DNA of 63,981 nt, counting the filler, from Octopus bimaculoides (lineage: Eukaryota): assembly GCF_001194135.2 (NCBI RefSeq). It is 8 parts of 8 records of this genome, joined end to end, with 100 filler letters (N's around TTAATTAATTAA, not from the genome) between each part and the next. Parts side by side here need not be neighbours in the genome. Positions count along the whole stretch, not along the records: positions 7,643 to 27,826 come from NC_068981.1; 7 more parts are not named here. One strand, given 5' to 3'. Shown piece by piece: positions 12,646-25,623 of the stretch. The position numbers and the translations under genes were made by a program. The notes under the pieces are model-generated. The model saw only the letters and a list, made by a program, of their open reading frames with translations. It ran no database searches and was not told where the DNA came from. Every line of letters begins with the position of its first letter. Positions within the stretch are counted from its first letter, which is position 1.

Positions 12646-12912
12646 AATTCGGTATATTTGTCATAAAATAAGAAATAATTGTTGTGAAGTGTAAATTTTA
12701 AAGAATAAATAATAAAGAACTAATTTATACGCTCACGGAGTACTTCGGGGTACTCAGAATTTGATTGCTTTTATTTTATAGTCATGTGGGATGTTGGTGT
12801 AAAGATTGACGACATCGAAGGAAATTAATAACAATAATAACACTAATAACTTCTACCAACCAAATTACAGTAAACAGTTTTTAGACCGAGTGGAGAGAAA
12901 CAGGGACACACG

Positions 12913-13030
12913 TTGGAACAAAACTTACATGAGACACCCAAAGTAATAAATTTATCAAAGAAAACTTTCATGAATAGCGAAAGCGAAACGGTCGAAAAGC
13001 ACAATACAGGATATATCAAAGATTATATTA
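12913..13030 (+). mobile_element. Possible Penelope-like ORF N-terminal fragment
   Basis: PKVINLSKKTF..SE resembles the VINLS..L...E motif upstream of PLE RTs; short match only. Confidence 0.25.
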
Positions 13031-13108
13031 AAGCAATGTGTTCATTTTCCTTCTTTAATTTCTCATATATATGTGTGTGTGTGTGTGTGNNNNNNNNNNT
13101 AATTTCTC

Positions 13109-13165
<57 letters not shown>

Positions 13166-13334
13166 ACGAGTTAGAGGTTATGTAACCGTCTAAGGGATAA
13201 ATGCATCCGTAGGTACTACTGGTGTATTACCTAACTATGTATACATCCTGCTATAAGGTTAACAGTAGTTGGTAAATTCAATCGTAAATCGTGGTTTAAT
13301 ACATTCAGGTAATAAAGGGAATGGAGAAATAATT

Positions 13335-13547
13335 AACAATTAGAATTTGATCATTAGTATTTAATGGTTATAGTTCAATTGTTGTTAGAATAACATTTAC
13401 AGCTGCTTCAGTTTGTTATGTCGGAGGTAGATTTGCATTCATCTCGTTCCAAATGCAAATTCACCTCAAAAATAGCAAGCTGTAAATGTTATTTTAATTA
13501 CAATTAAACTATGACCATTTAATACCAATGATCAACTCCTAATTGTT
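13335..13547. repeat. ~210-bp imperfect palindrome (fold-back/MITE-like)
   Basis: Arms pair over about 95 nt, e.g. TGATCATTAGTATTTAATGG with CCATTTAATACCAATGATCA, and AATAACATTTACAGCT with AGCTGTAAATGTTATT. Confidence 0.8.
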
Positions 13548-13569
13548 TACTGTTGCTCTATTTCTTTTG

Positions 13570-13572
<3 letters not shown>

Positions 13573-13643
<71 letters not shown>

Positions 13644-13688
13644 GTCTGTGTGTCTGTCTGTGTGTCTGTCTGTCTGCCTGTCTGCCTG

Positions 13689-13757
<69 letters not shown>
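13573..13757 (+). repeat. (ATCT)n/(GTCT)n compound microsatellite
   Basis: Direct reading. Confidence 0.97.
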
Positions 13758-13790
13758 ACATATTGTATATATATATATATTTATATATAT

Positions 13791-13868
13791 GGGCTGGCGT
13801 GGCTGTATAGTATGAAGGTTGCTTCCAAACTACATGATTCCAGGTTCAGTCCCACTGCGTGGCACCGC
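13791..13868 (+). mobile_element. Family-B SINE head fragment
   Basis: GGTTCAGTCCCACTGCGTGGCACC matches the full copy at 22483. Confidence 0.75.
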
Positions 13869-13892
13869 GGTAATTTTGTAATCCTTTCTAAC

Positions 13893-14111
13893 AATTCACG
13901 TAGGAGTCTGACGGTCCCTATCTGAAGGTTTTGGGTTTCTTCCAAAGTTTTGTTTCGACGAGGAGGTTTCTCCCGCTTTCTCAAAGGATGTCATAACTTT
14001 CGAGATAGTCCTTTTTGATACACCAGACATTTCGGCTGTTTTCGTTACGTTAGCGCCTGCCATCCGAGCACCAACAATTTGACCTTCTTGAAAGTCCGAT
14101 AGATTTGTCAT
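13893..14111 (-). pseudogene. Tc1-family transposase N-terminal (HTH) fragment
   Basis: LSDFQEGQIVGARMAGANVTKTAEMSGVSKRTISKVMTSFEKAGETSSSKQNFGR is a typical Tc1 N-terminus. Confidence 0.8.
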
Positions 14112-16281
14112 TTTAATGAATTTTAATTACCTATTTCTGATGATATTTGAAAAGAAACAGCAATATTAGCAAAACATATTAAGCAAGACTGATAATAAAT
14201 CACAAAACATAAAAATAAAGAAGCTGTTGCCGATTATAAATATTTCAAAATTATGATGCTATGATGCTAGGTGTTTCCATTATTTTGTCGATATCTTGTA
14301 GATATAGCGATACACACGCGCGCACGCACACTCACACACACACACACACACACGCGCACACACACACATAAATATATATATGTGCATACACTAACACCAC
14401 ATACATAACTAGGATTATATTTCAACAAGTTTTACAAGTTAGAGAAAAATTTATAGTCTGTGCATAACTCTATTACGTAGATCGTAATGAAAGTTGTGTA
14501 TAATTGTTAGAAGCTATTATATCAGACGTGCATCTATTTACTGTAGATATAATTGTTAGACTTATTCCTTTAGCCACCACAGTATAACCGAATGAAATAG
14601 AGAGAAAAGGTGTGTGCGGGATTGTTGATGCATTTCATCCCTTACGTAATTATGCACACATTGTTTCTTTATACTATATAATCAAAAGACAGCTAAACGT
14701 CCAATTTCTTCCATATATTCTGCTCGACCTGTACGCATGTGTTTGTCTCTCAGGTTTATTCAGTACTGGTTTGCGTTATAAACTCTAGTTTGCTGCTTTC
14801 TTTAAAGAAATTTAATCCTGAATAATGCACTAATGAGATGAAAGTAGAGATAACAAGAAATTTAGAATGCTCTGCCTTGAAGTCTAAAGAAAATAATCCC
14901 AGTAAATTTATCTGATATGAACAGTTGTTCATCTGATTTAATTCGCACTAACAGCTAGACACAGCCTTAACCAAATTATGTGTAATACAGTTACGAGCAG
15001 ACATTGAATGGATTTTCTCTCGAAATACAAAACTTTTTGAAATGTAATCTATGAATTCAATAGAGAATTAATGCAAACATTACGGAGATCTGCCCTGAAG
15101 GAACCTGAGAGGCCGAAATGTGCGTACACTTGTAGTATAGAATGAACGATAAAAACTGAACTCGTAGATTACCTTTGGTTTCGTAATACCAAGAGAAAAG
15201 AAAATGTGTGATTGCAAAACTAAAGAAGGCTTTCTCTTACGTTCTCTCTCCATCTCATATTGTTTACTCTTCTGCTGTAATTCGTTACAGGCGCGCGCGC
15301 GGGCGAGCGCACAGGCACACGCACATACCAACACACACACACACATACACACACGTACACTTGAATATACACATATGGGCACACATTCTCACACACACTT
15401 GCTCTCTCTGTCTCTCTCCCTCCCTTTCCGTCACCCTGTCTGTTTTTGTGCCCATAAAAGTGTAACTATTGGAGTAGTTGTTGCTGTTCAGCTCCAGTTT
15501 AACACTGAATCATCAAGCATGATCCAAGACGGCCATTCTCTCTTGTTATAAAGTACGTTATCTCCGACTTTATTACCTAAATTATACTGTTCGTTTTAAA
15601 CACATTACTCTTGACTTGAAAGAGATACCGTTGCTATGTATAGTAGCTCGAGTATTTACGGAGACATTGCACTCCCTTTTCACACTATACTACGTGAGGA
15701 ATAGTTATGTCTCATCTCACAATCACACCCATTTCTTTCTTTTATTATCTCTACGTGTCTCTATGAATTGTGTTTAATTTTTATTGGCTTTCTCTGCAGA
15801 ATTGAAGTGTGCCCATTGCCTTCGTAATCTCTCTAAGCTCGGTGACATCAGTTCGTCTGTGACTAATATATTTAATATATAAATCATTCTCTAAGGTTCA
15901 TAGCAAAAAATTCTGAAATGCTTCTAGGCAGCTCAAAAGTTATCACATAAGTCACACCAGGACATAAAGTCAAGGAAAACTACTTTTTTGATAAAAATAG
16001 AAAAAAAACTCCCCCCCCCCCCAAAAAAAAAAACAAAGTATAGAAAGATCAAGATATGATCGGTGAAAATGAACAGCATGTCATAATTCAGTGCGAAAAA
16101 GTGCTTCAGAAAAACACGTCTATAGAACACAAGCATTTCTGTCCCCAAATTCTGTAGACAAGTGTAATTGATACTGTGTCATGTAATTGAGACTATAAAT
16201 ATTGAATATAACTAAATAATTGATATTGTATTTGCATTGCGTCCTACCCTCGACATTTCTATAATTATTTATATATATACA

Positions 16282-16420
16282 ACAGGCTTCTTTTTCGGTT
16301 TCCGCCTACCAAATCCACTCACAAGGCTTTGGTCGGCACCGTGGCTATAGTAGAATACATTTGCCCAAGGTACCACGCAGTGGGACTGAACCCAGAACCA
16401 TGTGCTTGATAAGCAAGCTA
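16282..16420 (-). mobile_element. Family-B SINE 5' half
   Basis: Reverse complement of the 22500-22640 segment. Confidence 0.85.
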
Positions 16421-16427
16421 GTCCTAC

Positions 16428-16463
<36 letters not shown>

Positions 16464-16541
16464 CTACGCCTATATATATATATATATATATATATTTATA
16501 GATAGATATAGATATATATATAGGCGTAGGACTAGCTTTCT

Positions 16542-16581
<40 letters not shown>

Positions 16582-16799
16582 CGTGTGTGTGTGTGTGTGT
16601 TTGTATACATGTATGTATGCATATATATGTATGTATGTATATATACGTCACTAAAGTGACTCAGGGAGCTATTGAGCACCAGTTTTGCTAGAAATAGGAG
16701 CCAAAATAATTAATAGCCCCACTGCGCATCGTCTTATTTACTGACAAGGGAGAAAGCTCCCTAAGTACCGATCACTAGTGATTTCGCATTTATATTAAT

Positions 16800-17367
16800 G
16801 CCCGTTAGTTGTTCTCACCCGCACCTTGTGTCAAAGTCAACCCGCCTTGTCATTTTCTAAGCTCACCATAGAAATCATCCACTGATTCCATAAATAATAA
16901 AGGGGTAAATTATGAATAAGTTTGGTGTGTTAGTATTTTTCAACTGATAATGCAGGATTTTCTTCATGTAGTGCCACAAAGTGCTTCTCATCAAACTCAA
17001 CTGGACCTTCAAGGCTGAAATCTCGACTTCTGAATTTTGCAAACCATCTTCTGCAAGTTCTTTCATTCAAGCATTCTTTCTCACACACTGAGTGTGTGTT
17101 TCGTGTCGCTTCGGGTGCAGAGTTTCCTTTTTTATACTCATAAAGCATTACGTGCCTCAAATGCTCTTTGGATACTTCCATATTGGAAAGGGTTTTAATC
17201 AAAGAAATGTTAATTCTATTATTCTGTAAAATAATATTTAATTAGTTTAAATGTACACAAATGCACAAAAATAATTATTAATTCCATTAGACATTCTAAA
17301 ATACTATTACATTTCATTCAATTTAAAAAAAAGGTAAAATCGGACAGAACTTATGGGATGACTTAAT
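16800..17367 (-). mobile_element. Mariner (Mos1-like) 5' fragment with TIR-like end
   Basis: MEVSKEHLRHVMLYEYKKGNSAPEATRN...ERTCRRWFAKFRSRDFSLE is a mariner HTH; the end GGACAGAACTTATGGGATGACTTAAT (17342-17367) looks like a mariner TIR. Left boundary approximate. Confidence 0.8.
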
Positions 17368-19395
17368 GCCAGATATATGTGAGATACGCATAAGATTTAA
17401 AAATTCTGGTACGTTTGGAAGTATTTATTGTTATTATTTATTCCCCATTACACAAGTTTCATTGGCTAATAGAAGTTACAAAATTGTACATGTATGATTT
17501 TCATATCGCAAATTACTTGAACCCTTGTCTGCAGAATTTCTGACTGGAGATAATTTCAGTTCACCGATGAAAGAGATGTAATAAGGAATAAATAATATCC
17601 GACATTTTTCCTATCTCCTGGTTTCGAAAAATATATGAGAATTTGTTTGTATTTCTGTATTGTTCAATATTTGAAAGAAGACTGGATGTGCTTTCATTTG
17701 AATACGTCTATTACAACATTTAAAAACGACTACATATTTTGAGATTCGGATGCATTTTCAAATCTCAAAATAAATTCTCACCACAGCACTGCGTTATTTG
17801 ACTACTTCAGAAAGCATTACTAAGTAACATAGAAGTACATAGGTAGAGTCTGCTTCTTTGAACACTATGAATATTAATTATCTACTCTTAGCCTCATGCT
17901 TAGACAAATGCAGCCTCTTAGCAACTATACATCCGTACGAAATGCTTTCTCGGACGAATGCCGCATCTTAATGGTTTTCGATAATAAGCTATTTTTGTCG
18001 CAAAGCAAAGTATTTAACCTGTCCGTCAGCATAGTATGTGTTTTTATACGCCAAATATGCTGCAGGATAGGATAACGTTTGGGAACGCTCCACACGCAAT
18101 CCCGTGTGTTAAAGAATACCTGAATGTCACAGACCAGGCGAGACAACATGATCAGCGAGAATGGTAGAATATCGATATTTCGCTATTATTGTGGCTTATC
18201 AATACCATGTACTTGGATCATCTCGAGACGAAGTGAATCACTGGTCTGTGACTAAGCCGCAAATATGACGAGGATGAACCTTCTGTATGTGTGTGCGCAC
18301 TGCGATTTAGATAATATGTTATTTTCGGTGCCGATTAACTCCCAGGTTGGATATAATAGAGAGAACATATGAATGAAGGATTTCCAGCCATAGCAACCAC
18401 GCCGTTTCTGACATCCTTTTTGTAAGAACTTACCATAAATTGCACCCTTCCATTCTGTTCAAAAACGTAGTGTTTATACGCGAAGGAAATGTTGCTGCTA
18501 TTTCCAGTAGAAGAAGAGAGCATTGAAGGCGTCCTCTTTTTTAGCTCATTATTTAAGTAGTGGTTCAGAAAACAAGTATTAAGAATACATGTCTACTTAT
18601 ATGATTGTGATTAGTTTACTTGTGTTATACATTTACACATTTTCTGGTGTCTGTGATTTTATTGATTCTCAATCGGAAACATTTGTAATTTTCTTAACGT
18701 ATTGGAAGGGTGATTTATATGTAATTTAGACGAATGAGGTGTCGACAGAATGATGTGAAATTAATATTAGGTGAGCAATCAATGGTTTATTTGATGAACT
18801 GAGATAGCTTCGATCTGACAGCTTCAACATAAATGTCTAGAAATGCAAACCACTTTTGAATATTAGTGAATATCAAGTAAGAATAACCAGAAACCACTTG
18901 CGTGTTAAACAGGATGTAGGTTATAGGTTCTCTACTATATTTCACAATCTATCAGTCACTTTATCTTTTCTTTTCTTAATTTGTAGATTTTGATATTGTG
19001 TGTATATGTATAAGAATGTAAATGTATGCGGAAGTATGTGAGTGTGTGTGTGGAAGAGTGTATGTATATGTATTTGCATTTCAATCTGTACGAATCGATC
19101 TGTGAATCCATGTGTATATAAAGAGAGGAAGCAGTGCCAGAGAATTATCCTTCCTAAATATTTGCTTTTGCTGTATAACGTGTTTGTAATGGCTCCTGAA
19201 ACGTTAGATAGCAAACATCAGTCAATTTGGCATGTCTCATGTACTTAAGTTTGAACATATGTATAATGAAAGAATAAAGGCTTCATGGAATGAATATATA
19301 AAGTAATAGAAGACGGTTCGTTTTGTAGACAAAAAAGAAAGCGAAAGACTATAAAAAATGAATCATAAATAAGCATAACATTCATTGAAAAACGA

Positions 19396-19440
<45 letters not shown>

Positions 19441-21051
19441 NNNNNNNNNNCATACACACACTCACACACACATACACCCATACACACGAATGTTTATAAA
19501 TGTATTCACGCACACACCCACAAACCTCTATTTGGGAAATGCATTTTGATAGTCATATTTAATCTCGATATTTCAGCAACTGAAAGCAAGAAATAGAAGC
19601 TAGTTGAAAATAGAAAGCTGTTGGTATGTGTGTGGGACACACTACTGTAGGAGACAGTGTTTCATCTGCATATATAGGGAGAAGGAACACATATACACTG
19701 AGTGATATATCTAAGAGGTTGGATTTCAGCAGAATACATATAAATCAATAACACTTTTTAAAAATAATATTTGGCAGAGGGAATGTGTCTTGCAGGAAAG
19801 AAAACCAACGATTGATTTTCTATTTAGATTTTTATATTTCATTTTTATTTCGGACTTCCTTCAAATCATTGCCTTCATGATTGGAATCTGTGAATCGAGA
19901 AATAGAGAATAACGAAAGGTTTTTAAAATGCTTCATTTAAGCTTTATAGTTAATAGATATATCTTTGTTAACTATTCTACTAAAATAGTTTATATCTATA
20001 GTTGCGTTATTTGATGTGTGAGAGAGGTACATACTGTTATATTATTTTTGGTGTGGCAGTTTTACCATATCTCTTCTAATATAGCCTCAATTTGAAGAAT
20101 ACAAGATGATATTCTCATTTGGTTGAATAAATTTTGTTTATGGTATTTTCTAAGAAAAATAAAAGCAAAATAAGATTATACTACTGTACTCAGAGTATCA
20201 TGGTCTAAATATTTTAAAATCTGTACAGTGGGTAAAAATATTTTCATGTAATTAGAGATACATATTAATATTGTCCAAAATAATAGCTCAGTATATAACC
20301 GAATATTATATAGAGCGTGCTACACACAATTTGGACGGAAGTTAGTTTAGCCTAGTAACATATAATAGGTATAGAAATGCATATATCTAAAACAAACGAG
20401 AATATTTTCTACATATTTTTTTACTAATGATGTCTAACGCAAATGCCATGTGGCATTTCCTTCTATCTTGGTTACATCTCTTTACATTAGGATCATAGCT
20501 GTAGTTTTTACTAAAATAAAAATATAAAATAATATTATCTCTATAATTAACAACAACAATGAATGATTATTATGTATGGCCGCATATCAATCACTAAAAC
20601 CAGAAAAAAAAAATAGAGAATATAATTTTCTGCATATTTTTGCTTATTCACATCAGCTAATGAAAGAAATATTAATTTAACGTAACGAAAACAAATATTG
20701 TTATTGATTACTATTTATCTGTGTATAGTATTACATACATACATACATACTTACATAGAGATAGATAGATATATGGATATGTATATCATATGTATGTGTG
20801 CGCGCGTGTGTTTGTGTGTTGTGTGCGTTGTGTGTATACAGACAAATATATATATATATANNNNNNNNNNNNNNNNNNNNNNNNNNNNNNNNNNNNNNNN
20901 NNNNNNNNNNNNNNNNNNNNNNNNNNNNNNNNNNNNNNNNNNNNNNNNNNNNNNNNNNNNNNNNNNNNNNNNNNNNNNNNNNACATACACACACATACAT
21001 AGACACATATAGATACTTATATACATATAGATGAATACACGTGCATGCATA

Positions 21052-21423
21052 TATTAGGATATCCGGAAAGTACATATTTTCAAATGAAAAGAATGCAAGT
21101 TAAGCTTAATTAAATATCATTCGTCAATAAGGAAACAGGATCACTATTAACAACATTCCGCGCTGCATAGCTGAAAATGTTGACCTACTGTTTATAACAT
21201 CCTCCTTGTTTCTGAATGCTCTCCCACTTATGAAAGACTCTGGTGTTCGAAAGAGATGATAATCCGTTGATACTTTGTCTACTATGTGTTGCGCTGCGGA
21301 AGAACTTTTCAGTCTAAAGCTTTTAGTTTTTGTTGGGGTTTTCTTGCAGTGAACCCTTTTATTGTTATACTGGAGAATAACACAATTTATCTTTTGAAAG
21401 CTCTTCACCTTTACAAAATCCAT
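21052..21423 (-). mobile_element. Mariner 3' fragment, internally deleted
   Basis: DYHLFR....FISGRAFRNKEDV matches the mariner C-terminus (SDYHLF motif); TIR-like TATTAGGATATCCGGAAAGT at 21052. Confidence 0.65.
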
Positions 21424-21568
21424 TGTTAGCCTGATTTTTACGTTAGTATCGGCTTCTTATTTACTAATAGCCACTTACTTGGCATTATGTTGTTTTATTA
21501 TGCATCATGTGTTCACCGCTTTAAAGAAATGGTATATTGCTATGGGTTTGTTATATCTGTTCAAGTTA

Positions 21569-21911
21569 CAGTTTTATATTTAAGAGATGAGGAATTCTGT
21601 ACATTATTTACATTATTTAGATTCGACGGATATATACCCACGGGCATATGGCGTAGTGGTTAAGAGCGCGGGCTACTAACCCCAAGATTCCGAGTTCGAT
21701 TCCAAGCAGTGACTTGAACAATGACAATAATAATAATAATAATAATATCATCGAAAAAAATACCTTAGGAATGAGAACCCAGGTTCGAAATTTCCCCAAG
21801 ACACCTGACGAAGGCTGGAGGGTATATCAGCCGAAACGTTGTCTTAAGAACAAACAAGATGAGGACAAATATTCGTCGAATGTAAAGAATTTAAATAATG
21901 TAAATAATGTA
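21569..21911 (+). mobile_element. Chimeric retroposon: inverted 3'-end copy + tRNA-like head + (AAT)n + hammerhead, flanked by a 12-bp duplication
   Basis: CTGTTCAAGTTA at 21557-21568 and 21912-21923; A box TGGCGTAGTGG 21649-21659; B box GTTCGATTCC 21694-21703; perfect 21-bp inverted repeat 21599-21619/21892-21912. Confidence 0.8.
21797..21846 (+). ncRNA. Minimal type I hammerhead ribozyme motif (family 2)
   Basis: CTGACGA 21805-21811; extra A; perfect stem II GGCTG/CAGCC; GAAAC 21833-21837; palindromic AACGTT; predicted cleavage after 21840; stem I imperfect (AAGACAC vs GTCTT). Confidence 0.65.
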
Positions 21912-22482
21912 CTGTTCAAGTTAATTCCGTAGACGGCGGAATATTTTCAAGTAACAGATCGTGAAAAGGTAAAATGCCCTCTTCGCACTTTTTCCCAACC
22001 CACTTTGAAATGTTCTTGAAAACTTGAACATGTCAGATTCAGCTTTAGCACCAAATTTCTGATGTTTCTGTGAGAATATTTCTGCAACTGTTAATTTCAA
22101 ACTTTCGTAATCAAATGGGACTCAACTTTCACAAAGCGGCCTATCACAAGGATCATAACCGCTAAACACCTCAAAGCACACCTAAAATTTACAGATATTC
22201 ACTGCATTAAGATATACTAAACTAAAATTTTTCATTACATTAATGTGTTTCATTCTGTAGTAGTACAGTACTACACTTTCGAAAGTCGCGAAGTAAGCAA
22301 CTCGTTAGAATCTTTGCTATAAATGACGTTGAAATTTGCCATACATTATAAACGACAGATTAACAAATAAAAGGAATAAAAGCCATGGTGTTTCATTTTA
22401 TCATTATAGTGACGTCATGCGTTGGTTGACTTATGCATTCTTAATTTATACATAAGATATATGCAATTTATTTCTAAACAAA

Positions 22483-22885
22483 TAAAGGAGTGGCTGTGTG
22501 GTAAGTGGCTTGCTTACCAACCACATGGTTCCGGGTTCAGTCCCACTGCGTGGCACCTTGGGCGAGTGTCTTCTACTATAGCCTCGGGCCGACCAAAGCC
22601 TTGTGAGTGGATTTGGTAGACGGAAACTGAAAGAAGCCCGTCGTATATATGTATATATATATATGTGAATGTGTGTTTGCGTGTCTGTGTTTGTCCCCCC
22701 AATATTGCTTGACAACCGATGGTGGTGTGTTTACGTCCCCGCAACTTAGCGGTTCGGCAAAAGAGATCGATAGAATAAGTACTAGACTTCCATAGAATAC
22801 GTCCTGGGGTCGTTTTTCTCGACTAAAGGCGGTGCTCCAGCATGGCCGCAGTCAAATGACTGAAACAAGTAAAAGAGTAAATGAG
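22483..22885 (+). mobile_element. Family-B tRNA-derived SINE, near full length, with an internal microsatellite
   Basis: Head GGAGTGGCTGTGTGGTAAG...GGTTCAGTCCC; central ACCTTGGGC.AGTG (CORE-like from memory); tail CAGCATGGCCGCAGTCAAATGACTGAAACAAGTAAAAGA; many copies in the window. Confidence 0.9.
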
Positions 22886-22898
22886 AAAAGAGTATCAA

Positions 22899-22929
<31 letters not shown>

Positions 22930-24229
22930 GTCTATCTATCTATCTACACACACGCATACATACATATATACATATGTATGTATGTAACACTATATTAATT
23001 TATGCATACATTAATATCATCTCTGTTGAAACAACTTTGGCAATATAAATATGTTAATAGTTACCATGGGTAGCAAAAATCACACAAAAACTAGGATATC
23101 ACACCCGTTTTATAGGTAGAAATACCAAGTTAAAGTGATGTATTTTGCGTAGATAAGAATAATAATAATAAATGGAGCAAAACGCATATAGACAATAAGT
23201 TCCTTTTATTCCTACATATGTTTAAAAATATATGTGCATACTACTCCAAAGAAGTTAGAGGTGCTGGAATTGCACATATATTCATCGTCAGGGAACCAAC
23301 ATACAGAAGCAAGACATTTGCGAAATGTTAAGGTTACGTACGAGTTATAACATTATATAGCTAAGTAAGTGACCGTTAGAAACAAGAACGCTGGTTTACA
23401 TAGCGTTATTACGGGAGAGAGGCTGTGAAGGCTATACTAAAGGTTTAAATTAAAAGATTAAAATAGGGGAAGGCATAATGGATCGCAGTAAAATCCAGAA
23501 AAAAAAAGTTCGAAAAAAGTTGGGAGCTTAAACAAGAGGTGGAGGAAGGGAGAGAATCCAATGATTTCATCTTATATAATTATTTCTCCTTATGAAAACA
23601 AATAATTTCAACACTAACACCGTAACTAGATCTGATGATAATATCTGGCTCATCCTCCCGTTCAGGAAACAAGTTAAATCCAATTTGGTCTGGCAGTTCC
23701 CACTATTACCCAATAATCAACTCACATAAGGTTAGATTTGGGTTACAGATTATATTACAGATTAATTGTTACAGATTATATCTACCCATAATATCAGGCT
23801 TTTAGATTCATCCCTAGACAGCCATCCTAATTATGATGACAATAATAGTAATGTTTATAACAATAATAATAATAATAATTACTCTAGTAATTTAACACAC
23901 TCAAATGATGGTAATTGTCATTTAGATAAAAATATAGGTAATATGTACAATATTAGTAAATATCACTATTTCTGTAACAACAATAAGATTGGCATCTCGG
24001 AATCAAATTCTAATAGAATTAATACTTTTGAAGTGTCTTCAGAGGACTTGATTGCTTGTTATACTTTTCTATCACCATCACAGCTAGTGAAAGTGGATGA
24101 CTGTATATATAAAGACATTTCAGATAGCTTCAGAGAAACAGTAACGTTCCCAGTACTGTCCCCTGAGGATCTCTGCTTAGTATTCATGCCTCTTCAGAGA
24201 GAGGAGCTTTGGCTGCGACTGCCTGATTC

Positions 24230-24985
24230 ATATCATTTGCAGTTCAATGGCGCAATTTTTCAAGCGGTTCGCTATCACATACAAACTATAGCTGAATTAC
24301 ACAGGACCAGCAGGCAATGTAATCCCTGAGTTAGAGTCGGTGCCTGACCTGGGAATCCACATGAGCAACGACGCAACTTTCCATGTGCACATTGTTCAGA
24401 TAGCAACACTATGCAGGCGGGTGTCAAGTTGGATCCTTAGATCCTTCAGGGTCAGGAACAGAGACACAATGCTTCTGCTTTGGAGAACCTTTGTCCTCAG
24501 TCTTCTGGACTACTGCTCCCAACAGTGGTCACAGAGAGTGTAAAAGTAAATCTAGAACTAGAAGCGATCTAACACCTCTGCACAAAGGAGAAATTCTCAG
24601 TAAAACACATGGGCAATTGGGAAAAGTTGAAGGGACTGAGACTCTACTCCCTGGTGAGGAGATGTGTGAGATATCCAGTGGTATACATACGGAAAATAAT
24701 GAAGGGTCTAGCTCCAAATTTCGGGATCGAAATCTACAGCAGTCCCTGAACTGGACGGCTCTGTATAGTGCCAAAGGTTCCATCTTCTCCATCGAGAATA
24801 CGTACCCAATATTGTAAAAGCTTGGAATTCAAGGGACCATTATTTTTAATGCCCTACCACAGGACAGCAGAGATTTACAAGGTGTAAACATGGTAGTCTT
24901 CAAAAAACGTCGACACAGTTTTTTATCTGCCATTCTGGATGAACGCACATCGCACCTGGGGGCACAAGGAAGAGCAGCAGCATAT
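24230..24985 (+). mobile_element. CR1-clade LINE 3' fragment (C-terminal part of RT ORF), disrupted
   Basis: QFNGAIFQAVRY; PDLGIHMSNDATF; LLWRTFVLSLLDYCSQQWS; IFNALPQDSRDL; ends in (TA)/(TG) repeats. Confidence 0.82.
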
Positions 24986-25577
24986 ATATGTCTATGTATA
25001 TATATGCGCGTGTGTGTGTGTGTGTGCGTGTGTGTGTATGCGTGTGTGTGCGTGTGTGTGTGTTTATTTAAATATTTTACGTATTTCGTTTTAGACATTT
25101 AAATTTTACACCTTTATATATATATATATTATTATATGTATTTATTTTCTCTAAGTTAATAATTAACTCGGATAAAATAAATCGGTTAATAGATACCAGG
25201 GTAGCAAAGATCACAAANNNNNNNNNNNNNNNNNNNNNNNNNNNNNNNNNNNNNNNNNNNNNNNNNNNNNNNNNNNNNNNNNNNNNNNNNNNNNNNNNNN
25301 NNNNNNNNNNNNNNNNNNNNNNNNNNNNNNNNNNNNNNNNNNNNNNNNNNNNNNNNNNNNNNNNNNNNNNNNNNNNNNNNNNNNNNNNNNNNNNNNNNNN
25401 NNNNNNNNNNNNNNNNNNNNNNNNNNNNNNNNNNNNNNNNNNNNNNNNNNNNNNNNNNNNNNNNNNNNNNNNNNNNNNNNNNNNNNNNNNNNNNNNNNNN
25501 NNNNNNNNNNNNNNNNNNNNNNNNNNNNNNNNNNNNNNNNNNNNNNNNNNNNNNNNNNNNNNNNNNNNNNNNNNNNN

Positions 25578-25623
<46 letters not shown>

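Noticed and set aside
15090-15128. CTGAAGGAACCTGAGAGGCCGAAATG, hammerhead-like
   Set aside because: The core deviates from CUGANGA and stems I and III are absent; at best a very decayed copy.
17925-18530. GC-richer block with short ORFs
   Set aside because: No motif I can assign; left unannotated.
21642-21712. Possible tRNA gene with anticodon ACT
   Set aside because: The acceptor stem does not close and it is embedded in a TSD-flanked insertion; treated as a SINE head.
23630-23690. CTGATGA...GAAAC
   Set aside because: No stem II or stem III pairing.
23766-24329. 187-aa ORF
   Set aside because: Asn-rich low-complexity start fused to the beginning of the CR1 relic; not a credible gene.
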